Assembly: GCA_963845145.1 (NCBI GenBank)
Contig: CAWJQU010000005.1
Location: forward strand, 96,001-160,000
Direction: 5' to 3'
DNA length: 64,000 bases
Source: an uncultured delta proteobacterium
GTDB lineage: Bacteria; Desulfobacterota; Desulfobacteria; Desulfobacterales; QNYZ01
A program made the position numbers and the translations under genes. Below, one piece after another: positions 31,689-41,665 of this stretch; positions within the stretch are counted from its first letter, which is position 1, and each line of letters opens with the position of its first letter. The notes under the pieces were generated by a model that saw only the letters and a list, made by a program, of their open reading frames with translations, was not told the origin of the DNA and searched no databases.

Positions 31689-31705
31689 TGCACAAAGCGT
31701 GCCTG
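31689..31705 (-). promoter_or_regulatory. Candidate sigma-54 (-24/-12) promoter for pilMNOPQ
   Basis: Minus strand CAGGCACGCTTTGTGCA gives exact GG-N10-GC spacing, about 200 bp upstream of pilM. Confidence 0.55.
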
Positions 31706-32363
31706 ATTGTTTTATTTTTTAAAGAGATAGTAGTTAAGAGTTCATTTTAATTATCTCGAAATAGATGGTTGCTACCACGACATATTGTATCACCATGTGA
31801 ACGAAAACCATAAATGATGTGTGGCCATTTCCTAAATTGAAGATTGTCAAACAAACAGAAAAAAAATGTGGTTTTTAGCTCTTCCACAATCCGCATTGAA
31901 TATCCATACTTAATCATTTTCCCAATCCCTGCAGTCACAAGTTAAAATCCGACCAGAAGCGCTCGTTTATCATGCCTTTACTCGGCCATTGTCATCCTGC
32001 CACCTTTGATTAATAAAAAAATGATCGGTAAAACAAAATTAGAAATGCCGTCCGGAATTAACGGGCTATTTCAATAGTTGGTAATTGATATCCAATTTTT
32101 GTAATTCGCTAATTAAATTTTAACCTTATAAAACAATTTAGTAGTTATAATTCCACTCAAAGCCACCCGATTTGTACGTATCCCAACTTAATCAGTCTAT
32201 ACTCCCGAAGACTTGCCCTATAAAAAATCAAATTTATCTACCGAATAGAATACCAATCTCATCTAATTTTCCGGATATTTTCCAGTAAAAATTATATCAT
32301 TACCATCTTTAATAGCCTCATTTTTACACGATCACTACAAGGTTGGCACCTCGTCTCATTACC

Positions 32364-32392
32364 TTGACTATCGTCCTCAAGATCGTTACAAG
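32364..32392 (+). promoter_or_regulatory. Candidate sigma-70 promoter for the two-component operon
   Basis: TTGACT-N17-TACAAG. Confidence 0.35.
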
Positions 32393-32493
32393 TCCTACAG
32401 GTAATTTTGGACAACGCCAAAACAACCAGCTGACCGTGAAACCAACTTGTTTACTATGAATCATCCCCTAAAACGCTTTTCGATGTCGAAGTA

Positions 32494-33933
32494 ATGAATG
32501 CGATGAAACCGACCGTCCACCAAACGAAAAAAGAAAAACCCTTTAAGCTGGTTAAACTCTTTTCCCTGACCAGCCTGGTCATGATATTTACGGGTACACT
32601 GGTTATTTCGGGTCTAAATGTACGCTGGGCTCGGAATATTCAGCTCGAAAAAAGCAAGGAATATGCTCAGGTCGTTGTGGCGAATTTGAACCACCAGGTT
32701 TTTCAACAGTTTATCATTCCGACTGTATTTAAATTTGGGAAAACCCAGTTAAAAGACAAGGAGCAATTTGAGCGCATGGATAAGGTGGTTCGAAGCACGC
32801 TTCATGGCTTCGACATCAAAACCGTCAATATATATGACATGAAAAATGTGATCTCTTTTAGCTTGGACCCCAATTTTATTGGCAAAGCCAATGCCGGCGG
32901 AACCGGCTACGAGCAAGCGATTAAGGATCAATTTTACACTAAACTGATTCGGACAGGCAATTTTTGGGAAATCCTCCTGGGCATTCCCAAGGAAAGCCGC
33001 TTGGTAACCTTTGCAGCTGTAAAGCCAGATCCTCTCCTGCTTTCGCCCGCAGATATGGACAAACCATTACCGGTGCTGGGGGTTGTGGAAATTGTGCAGG
33101 ACATTACAAAGGAATATCGGCGGATTTTTCGATACCAGATTCTGATTATCATGACTAGCGGTATTGTCATGGCTGTGTTGTTTCTGGTCATGTTTTATGT
33201 TGTACGGCATGGTGAGAAAATAATCGAAAACCGCGCAAAAAAAAGATTAAAGCTGGAAGAACAGCTCAGTCGTGCCAAGCATTTATCGGCATTGGGAGAA
33301 ATGACTGCCGGAATATCTCATGAAATCCGCAATCCGCTGGGAATAATTCGCAGCTCGGCTGAATTACTTAAAAAAAAGATGTCCCAACTCGACCCTGACA
33401 ACACTTTTCCGAGCGTAATCGTTGAAGAAGCAACCCGGCTGGACAAAATAATCTCGGATTTTTTAAATTATGCCCGGCCAAAAAACCCCCAACAACTACC
33501 CTGCCGCATTGATGAAATTGTCGAAAAAAATCTGACTTTCCTAATACCGCAATTAGAATCGGGAAACCACCGTATAATCAAGGATTACGAAACAGATTTA
33601 CCGGAAATTATCGGTGATGCGGATATGCTTTATCAGGCTTTTTTGAATATTCTGATCAATGCCATGCAGGCCATGCCGAGTGGCGGGCATATCCATATCC
33701 GCATGCAGTCGGACAACGACTCGTTGAGCATTGATTTCGATAATGATGGTGAGCCCATCGATTCAGAAAATCTGGAAAAAATCTGGGAGCCTTTTTTTAC
33801 GACCAAGGATATGGGTACCGGGTTGGGTCTGGGGATTGTAAAAAATATTGTAGAAGCCCACCGGGGGGCGGTTCAAATCGAAAATAAACCCGGAGGTGGC
33901 GTACAGGTGACCATGACTCTGCCGCTGAAATGA
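32494..33933 (+). CDS. Membrane sensor histidine kinase (PilS/NtrB-like)
   Basis: Two TM helices, AGISHEIRNPL, NILINAMQAM and FFTTKDMGTGLGL. Confidence 0.92.
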   Translation: MNAMKPTVHQTKKEKPFKLVKLFSLTSLVMIFTGTLVISGLNVRWARNIQLEKSKEYAQVVVANLNHQVFQQFIIPTVFKFGKTQLKDKEQFERMDKVVRSTLHGFDIKTVNIYDMKNVISFSLDPNFIGKANAGGTGYEQAIKDQFYTKLIRTGNFWEILLGIPKESRLVTFAAVKPDPLLLSPADMDKPLPVLGVVEIVQDITKEYRRIFRYQILIIMTSGIVMAVLFLVMFYVVRHGEKIIENRAKKRLKLEEQLSRAKHLSALGEMTAGISHEIRNPLGIIRSSAELLKKKMSQLDPDNTFPSVIVEEATRLDKIISDFLNYARPKNPQQLPCRIDEIVEKNLTFLIPQLESGNHRIIKDYETDLPEIIGDADMLYQAFLNILINAMQAMPSGGHIHIRMQSDNDSLSIDFDNDGEPIDSENLEKIWEPFFTTKDMGTGLGLGIVKNIVEAHRGAVQIENKPGGGVQVTMTLPLK

Positions 33934-33980
33934 CCCGAAAGCCAATTCCGAACCCAAAAAAAACATAAAAAACTAGCTGG

Positions 33981-35381
33981 ATGCCAATAGCCATGGAAAC
34001 CATTCTGATTGTTGATGATGAGAAAAACTATCCGCCGATCATTGCGGCTGTTCTGGAAACCGAAGGATATGAAACGCTGACAGCCCACAGCGGATCGGAT
34101 GCCATGAGCATATTCAACCATTCCGATGTGGATCTGGTGTTGGCGGATTTAAAAATGCCGGGAATGAATGGGATCGAATTGCTTGAAAAAATCAAAGCCA
34201 AAGACCCGGATCTGCCGGTCATTATGATGACAGCGCATGGAACCGTTGAGAAGGCCGTGGAGGCCATGCAAAAGGGCGCCCATAATTTCATTCAAAAACC
34301 TTTTGACAACGATCAATTGGTCGTCTTTGTCAAAAAAGCATTGGACATGTTTAATCTGATCAAAGAAAACCGTAACCTGCTGACAACCGTTAAACGAAAG
34401 TACCGATTCGGCAACATCATCGGTAAAAGTCAACCAATGCAGACAGTCTACGAGTTAATTCGCAAGGTGGCACCCACCACTGCTTCAGTGATCATTGAAG
34501 GCGAAAGTGGTACCGGTAAGGAGTTGGCGGCCAAATCGATACATTTCAATAGTCCCCGTAATGAAAAGCCGTTTGTAGCTGTTAACTGTGCCGCACTGGC
34601 CGAAACCTTGCTGGAAAGTGAATTGTTCGGCCACGAAAAAGGGGCCTTTACAGGAGCAGCATCAAGACGGAAAGGACGGTTTGAAGTAGCCGATGGCGGT
34701 ACATTATTCCTGGATGAGATCGGTGAACTTTCTCCAAACTTGCAGGTTAAACTACTACGCGTACTCCAGGAAAGAGCTTTTGAGCGCGTTGGCGGAGTGA
34801 ACCCGATTCAAGTCGATATTCGGCTGATTACCGCCACAAATAAACGCCTAAAGGAGGAAGTCGCCGCCGGACGCTTTCGCGACGACCTTTTTTACCGTTT
34901 GAACGTTGTGAGGGTCCACATGCCGCCTTTAAAAAATCGGGTCGAGGATATCCCTCTCTTGACCAATCATTTTATTAAAAAATATACCGACGATCGACAG
35001 GACGCAAACACCGTAGCAGGTATTGACCAGGCAGTCGTTCGATTGTTTTCTGAATATACCTGGCCGGGAAATGTACGCGAGTTAGAAAATGTGATTGAGC
35101 GGGCGATGATTCTCTGTTCGGAAGATACAATCCAATTGACGGATCTCCCGAGGGATTTTCAGAAACATATCTCCAGGCCGCTGGTTAACCTGGAAAATAT
35201 TGCCGGGGAAGCCAGTCTCAGCGAAACCCTGGCCATGGTGGAAAAAACCATGATTCAAAGGGCGTTGGAACAGAGCGACAATGTTCAGGCACGCGCGGCA
35301 GATCTTCTTGGAATCGGCAAAAGTGGTTTAAACCAAAAAATTAAAAAATATGGCCTGGAAGTTGGCGTAAAAAAGCCATAA
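33981..35381 (+). CDS. Sigma-54-dependent response regulator (PilR/NtrC-like)
   Basis: REC domain, GESGTGKE, GAFTGA, WPGNVRELEN and a Fis-type HTH. Confidence 0.95.
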   Translation: MPIAMETILIVDDEKNYPPIIAAVLETEGYETLTAHSGSDAMSIFNHSDVDLVLADLKMPGMNGIELLEKIKAKDPDLPVIMMTAHGTVEKAVEAMQKGAHNFIQKPFDNDQLVVFVKKALDMFNLIKENRNLLTTVKRKYRFGNIIGKSQPMQTVYELIRKVAPTTASVIIEGESGTGKELAAKSIHFNSPRNEKPFVAVNCAALAETLLESELFGHEKGAFTGAASRRKGRFEVADGGTLFLDEIGELSPNLQVKLLRVLQERAFERVGGVNPIQVDIRLITATNKRLKEEVAAGRFRDDLFYRLNVVRVHMPPLKNRVEDIPLLTNHFIKKYTDDRQDANTVAGIDQAVVRLFSEYTWPGNVRELENVIERAMILCSEDTIQLTDLPRDFQKHISRPLVNLENIAGEASLSETLAMVEKTMIQRALEQSDNVQARAADLLGIGKSGLNQKIKKYGLEVGVKKP

Positions 35382-35386
35382 AAGTG

Positions 35387-36073
35387 TCACCCGCCTATCA
35401 TCTCTTTAACCATATCCGTGTAGATCGATCCTGCCTGTTCGCTGACAATCCGCTCGTAGAGCTCACGGGCTTTATCTCTTTCCCCTCTTTTATCATACAA
35501 TCCGGCCAAGTGAAAAAGAGCCTGGTCCATCAAAGGTGTATTGGGTAAATCCTTTACCATTTCATAGTGTTCTATCGCCGCTTGATCGTTATTATTGGCC
35601 TCGTAGGCAAGGGCAACATCGTTAAGTATGATCGACCGATAAAAAGGATCTTTGTCAAAATCTTTAAGGGATTTTTCGTACAAGGCAATCGCCTGATCAT
35701 ACTGCTCGGCACTAAAACAGATATCAGCCAAAGCCTTTCTGGCAATTTTACCGGCATCTTTGGCTGAATATTTATCCACGATGTGTTGGTACGCCGCTTT
35801 TATATCCGCATTTACCTTTTCCGATCCATCGGTTTTTTGCAAGTGGGCGGCATATTCGGCATTGGCCTGGCCTAGCAGGGAAAATGCCGTTAGTTCAGAT
35901 CGATTATCAAAGTAGCGATATCCGACCATGGCAAAGATCAACATCACAATGGCGATAGCACCGTAACCGATCTGTCGCCCATAGACTTGCCCCCACTGAA
36001 TGGCTTTGGCGGAAAAAGTGATAAATTCATCAGGTTGTTTCAGCTGTTTACGATTAATTTTTTTTCGTGTCAT
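35387..36073 (-). CDS. YfgM-like membrane-anchored TPR protein
   Basis: RKQLKQPDEFITF, one TM and TPR repeats; RBS GGAG before ATG 36073. Confidence 0.8.
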   Translation of the reverse strand: MTRKKINRKQLKQPDEFITFSAKAIQWGQVYGRQIGYGAIAIVMLIFAMVGYRYFDNRSELTAFSLLGQANAEYAAHLQKTDGSEKVNADIKAAYQHIVDKYSAKDAGKIARKALADICFSAEQYDQAIALYEKSLKDFDKDPFYRSIILNDVALAYEANNNDQAAIEHYEMVKDLPNTPLMDQALFHLAGLYDKRGERDKARELYERIVSEQAGSIYTDMVKEMIGG

Positions 36074-36138
36074 TAAATCACTCCATTGATTAATGGCTTT
36101 TACTACGTCCAAATACGATATTTAATCCTCAAACCTGA

Positions 36139-36594
36139 TTACCATATTAGCGATTGATGAATCCAGCCGGAATCACCATCAGCATGCTGAATTTCAATCC
36201 ATGGATTCTGTCGCTTGACTACTTTAAAAGGGATGCCACGCGCCACTGTAAATATAACGGTGTGGTTTGTGCCGGGGCCTTCACGAATATTGCATTTATC
36301 TTTTTTGGTGATAACCGTCGACATTTTTTTTAGCAGTGACTTATGCAACCAGCCGATATCGTTTTCAAAATCCTTGAATTGGTACCAATCCCCCGTCACT
36401 TTCATTACTTGTACCGGATGATACTTCTCCACTTGCCAGATAACGGGATGATCGGTTCCCGGTCCGGAGCGCACATTGGCAGTCGTCCCGCTAACCGCTA
36501 ACCGCTCGGCCCGGACGTTTCCGGCCGAAAAAATGGCGATAAAAAAAACACATAAATAGATTAATTTTAGCCATTTATATTTACTCATTCCCAC
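36139..36594 (-). CDS. Exported tandem bacterial SH3-domain protein
   Basis: Signal peptide; two repeats (NVRSGPGT...GWLH; NIREGPGT...GWIH). Confidence 0.88.
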   Translation of the reverse strand: MGMSKYKWLKLIYLCVFFIAIFSAGNVRAERLAVSGTTANVRSGPGTDHPVIWQVEKYHPVQVMKVTGDWYQFKDFENDIGWLHKSLLKKMSTVITKKDKCNIREGPGTNHTVIFTVARGIPFKVVKRQNPWIEIQHADGDSGWIHQSLIW

Positions 36595-36604
36595 CCCATT
36601 CTGT

Positions 36605-36840
36605 TCAAATAGTCATACCATAGTCCAAAGCGATTTCCACTGCAGCGAGGATCTGTGGAATCACATGGGAGGGGCTGACGCAATTGATGTTATGACAGCC
36701 ATCGGCATGCAGGAACAACATGATATCGGAAGCGCTTCGGGAGATACCTACCGACCATACCCCACAAGTGGCTGGTGTCATAATTTTGGCAAAAAAGACA
36801 TAACAAGCTACAATAGGTAAAAAAACGGTTTGCGCGCCGC
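36605..36840 (-). pseudogene. Remnant of a PflX-like radical SAM gene
   Basis: TYCSLLCLFCQNYDTSH (CxxxCxxC at 36789-36812), then in another frame IMLFLHADGCHNINCVSPSHVIPQILAAVEIA*. Confidence 0.75.
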
Positions 36841-36877
36841 CATTGAATAATTTCCAACGATACTTTATTTTCAGGGC

Positions 36878-37126
36878 CTATTGTGTATGACCGGGAATAT
36901 CATAGGTGGTACAATTCCCACTGCTGCAGGTGCGCGTTGTCTGACTCGCCCCAGCGGCCGACGCACCGCCCCCCGTGTCCATGGCATAATTTGTCGAACT
37001 AAGCACCCGTTCAAAGGAGACTGAAGCACATTTGGGACATTTTACATCCTCATCTTTGCTGCCCCCCAGGATCAGGGTCTCAAAAAATTCTTCACATTTA
37101 TTGCATTTGAATTCGTATATCGGCAT
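36878..37126 (-). CDS. FmdB-family zinc-ribbon protein
   Basis: MPIYEFKCNKC...CPKCAS...RVLS. Confidence 0.9.
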   Translation of the reverse strand: MPIYEFKCNKCEEFFETLILGGSKDEDVKCPKCASVSFERVLSSTNYAMDTGGGASAAGASQTTRTCSSGNCTTYDIPGHTQ

Positions 37127-37193
37127 CGAATGCTCCTCATTCGTTTTGATATTTTTATAATTAGGACCATCTTAAGAAGTTAAACGTATAAAA

Positions 37194-38894
37194 TCAACCA
37201 TTCTTCAGCAACTCCCTGGCATGATCAATGGTTTTGCGGGTAATTTTTTCTCCGCCCAGCATTCGGGCCAGCTCCTGAACCCGCTGCTTATGGTTGATGG
37301 GTTCAATGCCGGTTACGGTTCGACCATCGACCACCGTCTTGTCTATTCGAAAATGATGATCTCCGAATCGGGCAATCTGGGAAAGGTGGGTAATACATAT
37401 CACCTGGTGGCTTTTGGCCAGATCGGTCAATTTTCTTCCCACCATTTCAGCCGTGCCACCGCCAATCCCGGCATCCACTTCATCGAACACCACTGTTCCT
37501 ACGGCATCATTTTCCGCCAATATGACTTTTAAGGCCAGAACCAGTCGCGACAATTCACCCCCGGAGGCAATATCAGCCAAGGGTTTTAACGCTTCGCCGA
37601 TATTCGGTGCGATCATAAACATGGCCTCATCGATGCCGTTTTCGGTGACGATGCAACCATCAACCGCCAGATAGGATGGGGTTTTCGAAGATACCGGCAG
37701 CCCGGTCAATTCCACTTGAAAACGGGTATTGTCCATGTGCAATGATACCAGCTGCGATTCCACTTCCCGGGCCAGCTTTCGGGCCGCTTTGACCCGTTTT
37801 TTAGACAAAGCCCGGCATAACGTAGCCAGCTGCCGGTGTTGCCGGTCGATATTCTTTTCCATTGCTGCAATGGTTTCGGTGATGTTCTCTACCTTGGCCA
37901 ATTCAATTTCGGCGGTTTTCAAATGCGCCAGCACCGCTTCGAGGCTGCCCCCATATTTGTGTTTTAATTTTATAAGCGTATCGATGCGTCCTTCCACATC
38001 TTCAAGAGCGATTTCATCCACATTTACAGTCGCCAGATATGACCGCAGGGTTTCGGACAGATCTTCAACCATCAGCCCGGTCTCGGCGATTTTTTGCGCA
38101 AAACGATCCAGTTGCGGATCGATTCGACGCGCTTTTTCCAGGGATCGTTCCGCTTGGGTCAACCGTTCCACGGCCGCCCCGTCCATGGCGTACAGCAGTT
38201 CGATACAGCTGAATGCGGCTTGTTGGAGGGTTTCAGCGTTCTTTAATCGTTGTCGCTGGTGTTCAAGTTTTTCGTCCTCGCCGGGAGTTATACCGGCGTT
38301 TGCGATCTCATCTCTTTGAAACGCCAGAAGCCGAATGTGTTCCGAGCGGCCGTCCCGAATGGAGATGAGCCGCTCCAATTCCTCAATCATCGGCTGAATA
38401 TCTCGAAATGCCTCCCTGACTTCGGATTTTAGTGAATTCAAGCCGGCATACTGATCAAGGATGGCGAGGTGCTGTTCGGTCTTCAACAAAATCTGGTGGG
38501 CATGCTGCCCCGAGATGCTGGCCAGGTGTTCGACAATGTTGTTTAATATGCCCACCGTCGCCAGACCACCGTTGATATAGATACGATGCCGGTCGTTTCT
38601 GGCGATTACCCGACGAATCAGCAGTCCCTCATCTGCAACATACCCATGGTCGCGCATGGCGCCTGCCACAGGGCTATTTTCCGCCACCTCAAAAACGGCT
38701 TCAAGCTCAGCAAATTCCGCCCCGGTTCGAATCATTCGAGCCGAAGCCCGGCTCCCCAGCAAAAGATTAACCGCCTGGATAACAATAGATTTCCCCGCGC
38801 CGGTCTCCCCGCTCAAAATCGTCAACCCACCCTTGAACCGAATATTCAGGTCGTCGATAATGGCAAAATTACGAATGGCGAGTTCCTGAAGCAT
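37194..38894 (-). CDS. recN: DNA repair protein RecN
   Basis: SGETGAGKS, ASGGELSR, VFDEVDAGIGG and QVICITHL. Confidence 0.97.
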   Translation of the reverse strand: MLQELAIRNFAIIDDLNIRFKGGLTILSGETGAGKSIVIQAVNLLLGSRASARMIRTGAEFAELEAVFEVAENSPVAGAMRDHGYVADEGLLIRRVIARNDRHRIYINGGLATVGILNNIVEHLASISGQHAHQILLKTEQHLAILDQYAGLNSLKSEVREAFRDIQPMIEELERLISIRDGRSEHIRLLAFQRDEIANAGITPGEDEKLEHQRQRLKNAETLQQAAFSCIELLYAMDGAAVERLTQAERSLEKARRIDPQLDRFAQKIAETGLMVEDLSETLRSYLATVNVDEIALEDVEGRIDTLIKLKHKYGGSLEAVLAHLKTAEIELAKVENITETIAAMEKNIDRQHRQLATLCRALSKKRVKAARKLAREVESQLVSLHMDNTRFQVELTGLPVSSKTPSYLAVDGCIVTENGIDEAMFMIAPNIGEALKPLADIASGGELSRLVLALKVILAENDAVGTVVFDEVDAGIGGGTAEMVGRKLTDLAKSHQVICITHLSQIARFGDHHFRIDKTVVDGRTVTGIEPINHKQRVQELARMLGGEKITRKTIDHARELLKNG

Positions 38895-39089
38895 ATCTCC
38901 TTAGCCGAATAGAAACAAAAGCCTTTTTTCAAGGTGATTATGGCCACCGATATGACATAGATAGTTAAATTTGTAAAGATTTCCAGCTTACCCAAACGTC
39001 ACCAGATTTGACTTTAGGAGCGATTACGATTATTCAGCGGATGCGCTATAACAAAACAAAATGACCTGCAATAAATATATAGGTGACAG

Positions 39090-40805
39090 ATGAATCCACT
39101 TTCAGCAATTCCACACGGTGGTAGCCTGGTCAATTTAATCGTCGATGCCGACCGCGCCGCAGTGCTAAAAAAATTATCTTTGAAACTACACGGCATCACC
39201 CTGACGGCCAGACAACTTTCCGATCTTGAATTGTTAATGAACGGGGCCTTTTCCCCCTTAAAGGGATTCATGAACCAATCGGATTATGAGTCGATTCTGG
39301 ACCGCATGCGACTTCAAGACGGCACGCTCTGGCCACTACCGATCTGTCTTGACATCTCTGAGGCCGAGGCCAAAACCCTTGAAACCGGACAATCGCTAGC
39401 GCTTTTGGATGCCGAGGGTTTCATGCTGGCGATTTTGCACATCGAGGATATCTGGCAAGCGGATAAGGAGAGGGAAGCAAAACAGATTTTCGGCACTACG
39501 GATACAACCCACCCGGGCGTCGATTTTCTATATTCCCGGACCGGCGGATATTATATCGGGGGTACCATTGAGGGCATTCAGGCCCCACTTCATTTTGCTT
39601 TTCGACGCCACCGACATACGCCGGTTGAGATGAAACGCCTCTACCGCAAGCTGGGATGGCGGAAAATTGTCGGTTTTCAAACCCGCAACCCTCTTCACCG
39701 CGCCCAATTTGAGATGACCATCCGGGCCATGGACGCCGTTGGCGCCAATCTGCTTTTGCAGCCGGTGGTCCAACGGGTAAAACCGGGTGATATTGACACC
39801 TATACGCGCATTCGATGTTACTTGGCGGCCTCTCAACACTACCCGCCTAACATGATGTTGTTAAGCCTATTGCCGTTGACGATGCGCATGGCCGGTCCGC
39901 GCGAAGCATTGCTCCACGCCATTATTCGCAAAAATTACGGCTGCACCCATTTTATCGTGGGTCGCAACCATGCCGGCCCGGGATTGGATCGCAATGGCGA
40001 CCCTTTTTACCCGTCCAATGCAGCCGCTAAGCTCGTGGCCTCCTTTTCAAAAGAGCTGGGCATCGGGATCATAACCTTTGACGAAATGGTCTACGATATC
40101 GATGAAGATGAATATCTGCCCGCAAATGATATCAAGTCGGCCCACACCACCCAAAGCCTTTCCGACGACGAGTTTCACAGCATCTTGCGCCGGGGAAAAC
40201 GCGTGCCGGGATGGTATACGTTCCCCGAGGTTATCGAAGAACTTCGGAAAGGTTACCCCCCGCGCCACCGGCAGGGATTTACCGTCTTCTGCACGGGATT
40301 GTCAGGGGCCGGCAAATCCACCGTCGCCAAAGTGCTATACGCCCGTTTCCTGGAAATGGGCGGACGGCCGGTCACACTGCTCGATGGCGATATCGTTCGT
40401 CTCAATTTATCCAGCGAATTGGGTTTTTCAAAAGAACATCGGGACATCAACGTCCGTCGCATCGGCTATGTGGCCAGTGAAATCACCAAAAATCGTGGCA
40501 TCGCCATTTGTGCGCCCATCGCCCCTTACGCCGGGACCCGGGCCCGGATCCGGGGAACCATCGAAGAGCACGGCGGATTTATTGAAGTACATGTCAGTAC
40601 ACCGCTGGATGTTTGTGAAGGCCGTGATCGCAAAGGACTTTATGCCAAAGCCCGGGCAGGGTTGATCAAAGGATTTACCGGGATCGATGACCCCTATGAG
40701 CCGCCCCCGCAACCCGAAGTGGTCATCGACACCACTGACCTGACGCCCGATGAAGCCGCCCAGGAAATTCTGCTGCGACTTGAGCGAACGGGGTATATTA
40801 AATGA
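39090..40805 (+). CDS. Sulfate adenylyltransferase-like / adenylylsulfate kinase fusion (Sat-CysC)
   Basis: PHGG, GAFSPLKGFM, QTRNP and MAGPREA (sulfurylase fold); TGLSGAGKST, LDGD, RDRKGLY and FTGIDDPYE (APS kinase). Confidence 0.93.
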   Translation: MNPLSAIPHGGSLVNLIVDADRAAVLKKLSLKLHGITLTARQLSDLELLMNGAFSPLKGFMNQSDYESILDRMRLQDGTLWPLPICLDISEAEAKTLETGQSLALLDAEGFMLAILHIEDIWQADKEREAKQIFGTTDTTHPGVDFLYSRTGGYYIGGTIEGIQAPLHFAFRRHRHTPVEMKRLYRKLGWRKIVGFQTRNPLHRAQFEMTIRAMDAVGANLLLQPVVQRVKPGDIDTYTRIRCYLAASQHYPPNMMLLSLLPLTMRMAGPREALLHAIIRKNYGCTHFIVGRNHAGPGLDRNGDPFYPSNAAAKLVASFSKELGIGIITFDEMVYDIDEDEYLPANDIKSAHTTQSLSDDEFHSILRRGKRVPGWYTFPEVIEELRKGYPPRHRQGFTVFCTGLSGAGKSTVAKVLYARFLEMGGRPVTLLDGDIVRLNLSSELGFSKEHRDINVRRIGYVASEITKNRGIAICAPIAPYAGTRARIRGTIEEHGGFIEVHVSTPLDVCEGRDRKGLYAKARAGLIKGFTGIDDPYEPPPQPEVVIDTTDLTPDEAAQEILLRLERTGYIK

Positions 40806-41665
40806 GCAACCAGCCATCAGCCATCAGCCACCAACTATCCGAATTATTAGCGCTGACCATCGCCGCCGCCCTGGATGCCGGTCGGGCCATTCTTGATATC
40901 TATAAAAAAGAGATCGAAGTTGAATACAAAACCGACAAATCCCCACTGACGGCTGCAGACCGGGCCAGCCATGACATCCTGACCCGACACCTCAAAGCCA
41001 CACCGCTTGATGTCCCGATTTTAAGTGAGGAGGGTCGCGATATTCCTTTTACTGAACGGGCAAAATGGGATACCTTTTGGCTGGTGGACCCTTTGGACGG
41101 CACCAAGGAATTTATCAAAAAAAACGGCGAATTTACCGTAAATATAGCCTTGGTAAAAAAGGGATCACCACGGTTGGGGATCATTTACGTGCCGGTTAAA
41201 GATACCCTCTATTTTGGTGCCGACGGTATCGGTTCCTGGAGGGTCATGTCGGCTGCCAAGCTGTCGGAGCCAATCTCCCAAGCCGGTATCATGAAAGCGG
41301 CCCAACCGCTGCCTCTTACAAAGGTTTCCGGCCCATTGACCGTTATCGGCAGCCGGTCACATGTGTCTGAGGAATTCAAGGCCTTTATGGAAACGATGAC
41401 GCAACAACATGGCCAAATAGATTTGATTTCGGCCGGCAGCTCGTTGAAGTTCTGCCTGGTTGCCGAAGGCCGGGCCGACATGTATCCGCGTTACGGGCCG
41501 ACCATGGAATGGGACACGGCGGCCGGTCAGGCAGTGGTTGAGTACGCCGGCGGAGTCGTGTTGGATGCCAAATATAAAACACCTTTAAGATATAATAAGG
41601 AAAATCTGCTGAACCCCTGGTTCATCGTGAAGCGAAAAGGTTCGGACATGGAGGCGAATGAATGA
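40802..41665 (+). CDS. cysQ: 3'(2'),5'-bisphosphate nucleotidase
   Basis: SPLTAAD, LSEEG, WLVDPLDGTKEFI, GSSLKFC and WDTAAG. Confidence 0.95.
   Translation: MSNQPSAISHQLSELLALTIAAALDAGRAILDIYKKEIEVEYKTDKSPLTAADRASHDILTRHLKATPLDVPILSEEGRDIPFTERAKWDTFWLVDPLDGTKEFIKKNGEFTVNIALVKKGSPRLGIIYVPVKDTLYFGADGIGSWRVMSAAKLSEPISQAGIMKAAQPLPLTKVSGPLTVIGSRSHVSEEFKAFMETMTQQHGQIDLISAGSSLKFCLVAEGRADMYPRYGPTMEWDTAAGQAVVEYAGGVVLDAKYKTPLRYNKENLLNPWFIVKRKGSDMEANE
40811..40831 (+). repeat. Heptamer tandem repeat (CAGCCAT)2 CAGCCAC in the cysQ 5' end
   Basis: Directly visible; encodes QPSAISH. Confidence 0.7.

Noticed and set aside
31747..31938. 63-aa ORF in the pilM spacer
   Set aside because: GTG start, no recognisable motif and AT-rich context; probably spurious.
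32341..32360. Sigma-54 site TTGGCAC upstream of the sensor kinase
   Set aside because: No GC at the -12 position.
37221..38912. Antisense ORFs over recN (and similar ones throughout, such as 47198..47788 and 48173..48823)
   Set aside because: They are shadows of well-supported genes on the opposite strand and have no motifs of their own.
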